This document shows positions 61,665 to 64,000 of a stretch of DNA of 64,000 bases, piece after piece. The stretch comes from an uncultured Planctomycetia bacterium. GTDB lineage: Bacteria; Omnitrophota; Gorgyraeia; 1-14-0-20-64-10. The position numbers and the translations under genes were made by a program. The stretch spans positions 85,164-149,163 of the forward strand of contig CAYJVR010000001.1 in NCBI GenBank assembly GCA_964373715.1. The letters run 5' to 3'. The notes under the pieces were generated by a model. The model searched no databases. It had not been told where the DNA came from and saw only the letters and a program-made list of their open reading frames with translations. Position 1 is the first letter of the stretch. The number at the start of each line of letters is the position of its first letter.

Positions 61665-62825
61665 ATGCTGACACAGCGGATTCAGGCCGTACAGCCCTCT
61701 TCCACTCTCAAGATTACGGCTCTTGCCCGTGAACTGAAGGCGCAGGGCAAGAAAGTGATCAATCTTGCCGCGGGTGAACCCGATTTTGACACGCCAAAGG
61801 CGGTTAAAGAGGCCGCTATTCAGGCGATCCAGGAAGGGTTTACCAAGTATACGCCGACGACTGGAATCCCGGAGCTTAAAGCGGCAATTATCACAGCCCT
61901 TTCTCGTACGCGGAAACTGACCTACCGGCCGGAGCAGGTGGCAGTCACCTGCGGAGCCAAACAAGCCCTTTACAACCTCCTTCAGGTTCTTGTTCAAGCC
62001 GGGGACGAGGTTTTAGTGCCCTCTCCCTATTGGGTCAGTACGCCGGAGATGGTTCGCTTGGCCGGGGCCTCGCCAGTGGAGATTCGGATGGACCCCTCCC
62101 AGGGATTCCGTCTGGACGCGGCCGCGGTGGAAAAAGCCTGCACTCCAAAAACAAGATGCCTTGTGCTAAACAGCCCCTCCAATCCTACCGGAGCTGTTTT
62201 CGATGAGAAACGGCTTAAGGAGATCGCCCGTGTCGCCAAGGCGAGGAATCTTTGGGTGATCAGCGATGAGATCTACAGCCAGTTGGTCTACGGCGTCGAG
62301 CATAAGTCGATTGCTTCAGTCGCTCCGGAAGTTTTCGACCGGACCATCGTTGTGGACGGCATGTCGAAAGCTTATGCGATGACCGGTTGGAGAATCGGTT
62401 ATCTGGCCGGTCCGACCGAGGTGGTGGAGGCGACGTCACGGCTTCAGGACCACTCCACATCGAATCCAACCTCGATCAGCCAACGGGCCTCGTTGGTCGC
62501 GCTGACCGGGGACCAGTCTCCCGTTCTTGAAATGGCAAAAGAGTTTGGCCGCCGGAGGGATTATCTCGTGCAGCGGCTGCCGAAAATCCAGAAGGTCTCC
62601 TTCGTGAAGCCGGAGGGAGCCTTTTACTGTTTCGTGGATATTTCTGAAACGCGGTTGAATTCAAACCTGTTCGTGGAGAAACTGCTTCACGAGCATCAGG
62701 TAGCGACCATTCCGGGGGCGGGTTTCGGCTGGGACAATTACATCCGGATCAGCTTCGCTACCGGCATGCAGGATATTCAGGAAGGTTTGGATAGATTAGA
62801 ACGGTTTATTGGGAGCCTTCATTAA
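61665..62825 (+). CDS. aspartate/aromatic aminotransferase (class I PLP fold)
   Basis: The PLP-lysine context [13 protein letters not shown] is present. The sequences NSPSNPTG and EPDFDTP are present. The protein is 386 aa. Confidence 0.85.
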   Translation: MLTQRIQAVQPSSTLKITALARELKAQGKKVINLAAGEPDFDTPKAVKEAAIQAIQEGFTKYTPTTGIPELKAAIITALSRTRKLTYRPEQVAVTCGAKQALYNLLQVLVQAGDEVLVPSPYWVSTPEMVRLAGASPVEIRMDPSQGFRLDAAAVEKACTPKTRCLVLNSPSNPTGAVFDEKRLKEIARVAKARNLWVISDEIYSQLVYGVEHKSIASVAPEVFDRTIVVDGMSKAYAMTGWRIGYLAGPTEVVEATSRLQDHSTSNPTSISQRASLVALTGDQSPVLEMAKEFGRRRDYLVQRLPKIQKVSFVKPEGAFYCFVDISETRLNSNLFVEKLLHEHQVATIPGAGFGWDNYIRISFATGMQDIQEGLDRLERFIGSLH

Positions 62826-62826
62826 T

Positions 62827-63915
62827 ATGGCCTATCGAGTAACGTTGATTCCAGGGGACGGGATTGGGCCGGAAGTGGCTTATGCGGCCAAGGCGTGTTT
62901 GGATGCGACCGGTGTGAAGATTGATTGGGAGATCCACAAGGCGGGGGAGGGGGCCATTGCCGAATTTGGCACCCCTTTGCCGGAGCCGCTGCTGGAATCT
63001 ATCCGGCGGAACAAAGTGGCGCTGAAGGGCCCGATTACGACGCCGATCGGAACAGGATTCCGTTCCGTGAACGTCGCCTTGAGGCACGCGTTGGATTTGT
63101 ATGCCTGCGTCAGGCCCTGCCGGCTTTATGCCGGGGTTCTTTCCTGCTATAAGAAGGTGGATTTGGTCATCGTTCGGGAGAACTCCGAAGATCTTTACGC
63201 GGGCATCGAGTATGAGGACGGAACAAGCGAGGTCAAAGAATTGATCGGTTGGGTGAAAAGCCACGGAGGTAAGACGATCCGGTCCGACGCGGCTGTTTCG
63301 CTGAAGCCGATCTCGGCGAGCGCCACCGAAAGGGTAGTCCGCTACGCCTTCGACTATGCCGTAAAAAACGGCAGAAAAAAGGTGACCGCCGTCCACAAAG
63401 CGAACATCATGAAATTCTCCGATGGTCTTTTCCTTGAAACCGCCCGCAGTGTTGCTGAAAGGTATGCCGGCAAGGTGTCTTTTGATGATCGGTTGGTGGA
63501 CAACATGTGCATGCAGTTGGTCCAGCATCCTGAAGGTTTCGATGTGCTCGTGCTTCCTAATTTGTATGGAGACATTCTGTCCGACTTGTGCGCCGGTTTG
63601 GTCGGTGGGTTGGGGATGGCTCCGGGAGCCAATATCGGCGATGATGCGGCTGTTTTCGAGCCGGTTCACGGATCTGCTCCAAAGTACCAGGGTTTTAATA
63701 AGGTCAATCCGACGGCTACGATCCTTTCCGGTGTTTTGATGCTCAGGCACCTCGGCGAACTGAAAGCCGCTGACCGTCTGGAGGAGGCGGTTGCCGGCGT
63801 GCTCAAAGAAGGGTGTGATGTGACTTACGATTTAAAGCTGACCAAAGACGATCCGACCACCGTGGGCACTAAAGAGATGGCGGATGCCATCATCCGCCGC
63901 TTGAAGTCAGGATGA
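62827..63915 (+). CDS. isocitrate dehydrogenase (NAD-IDH / beta-decarboxylating dehydrogenase family)
   Basis: The sequences [30 protein letters not shown] and [10 protein letters not shown] are present. The resemblance is closest to NAD-type IDH. The ATG at 62827 avoids overlap with the preceding gene. The track ORF starts at 62809. Confidence 0.75.
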   Translation: MAYRVTLIPGDGIGPEVAYAAKACLDATGVKIDWEIHKAGEGAIAEFGTPLPEPLLESIRRNKVALKGPITTPIGTGFRSVNVALRHALDLYACVRPCRLYAGVLSCYKKVDLVIVRENSEDLYAGIEYEDGTSEVKELIGWVKSHGGKTIRSDAAVSLKPISASATERVVRYAFDYAVKNGRKKVTAVHKANIMKFSDGLFLETARSVAERYAGKVSFDDRLVDNMCMQLVQHPEGFDVLVLPNLYGDILSDLCAGLVGGLGMAPGANIGDDAAVFEPVHGSAPKYQGFNKVNPTATILSGVLMLRHLGELKAADRLEEAVAGVLKEGCDVTYDLKLTKDDPTTVGTKEMADAIIRRLKSG

Positions 63916-64000
63916 TCTTGAGCGCCTTCTTCAGGCGTCGCCGTATCCTATACCCGTCATGACATCGGGCACCTTTCCGAAGTGGCTGCGGCGCTCCCTG

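Noticed and set aside
63916-64000. Possible 3' end of a convergent minus-strand gene at the window edge
   Set aside because: Only 85 nt are available. The reverse frame runs into the IDH stop region with no recognisable motif, so it cannot be supported.

Overview
This 64-kb window is high-GC bacterial chromosome made almost entirely of core housekeeping genes, nearly all on the + strand. From 5' to 3' it contains:
- a partial TPR/coiled-coil protein, then polA, glgA, coaE, rho, rpmE, prfA-prmC-murA, and rpsP-trmD-rplS-rnhB-yraN;
- a one-carbon block fhs / cyclodeaminase-like / folD, then panB and mnmA followed by a small coupled ORF;
- tRNA-Met(CAT), a minus-strand pair (class I SAM methyltransferase and SplB-like radical SAM protein), then tilS-ftsH-folP-pdxJ-acpS-nnrD;
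- a thrU-tyrU-glyT-thrT-tuf-rpmG-trpT-secE-nusG cluster whose tRNA genes are separated by inserted protein genes (SPFH lipoprotein, a secreted hypothetical, mscL, a membrane hypothetical);
- the full rplKAJL-rpoBC, str (rpsL-rpsG-fusA), S10, spc and alpha operons through rplQ, then an aspartate aminotransferase and a NAD-type isocitrate dehydrogenase.

There is no CRISPR array, integrase or transposase. The main observations worth a second look are:
- a 60-bp repeat-flanked hairpin-containing insertion at the folP/pdxJ junction;
- the tRNA cluster split by protein-coding inserts;
- the radical SAM + methyltransferase pair between tRNA(CAT) and tilS;
- a tandem-repeat-encoded RGG extension on S5, plus other lineage-specific ribosomal protein extensions and zinc ribbons (L17, L3, L24, MscL);
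- a Taq-like proofreading-deficient PolA;
- missing rimM and rpmD, and several structured noncoding hairpins and promoters.

The many long reverse-strand ORFs in the track are read as high-GC antisense artefacts.
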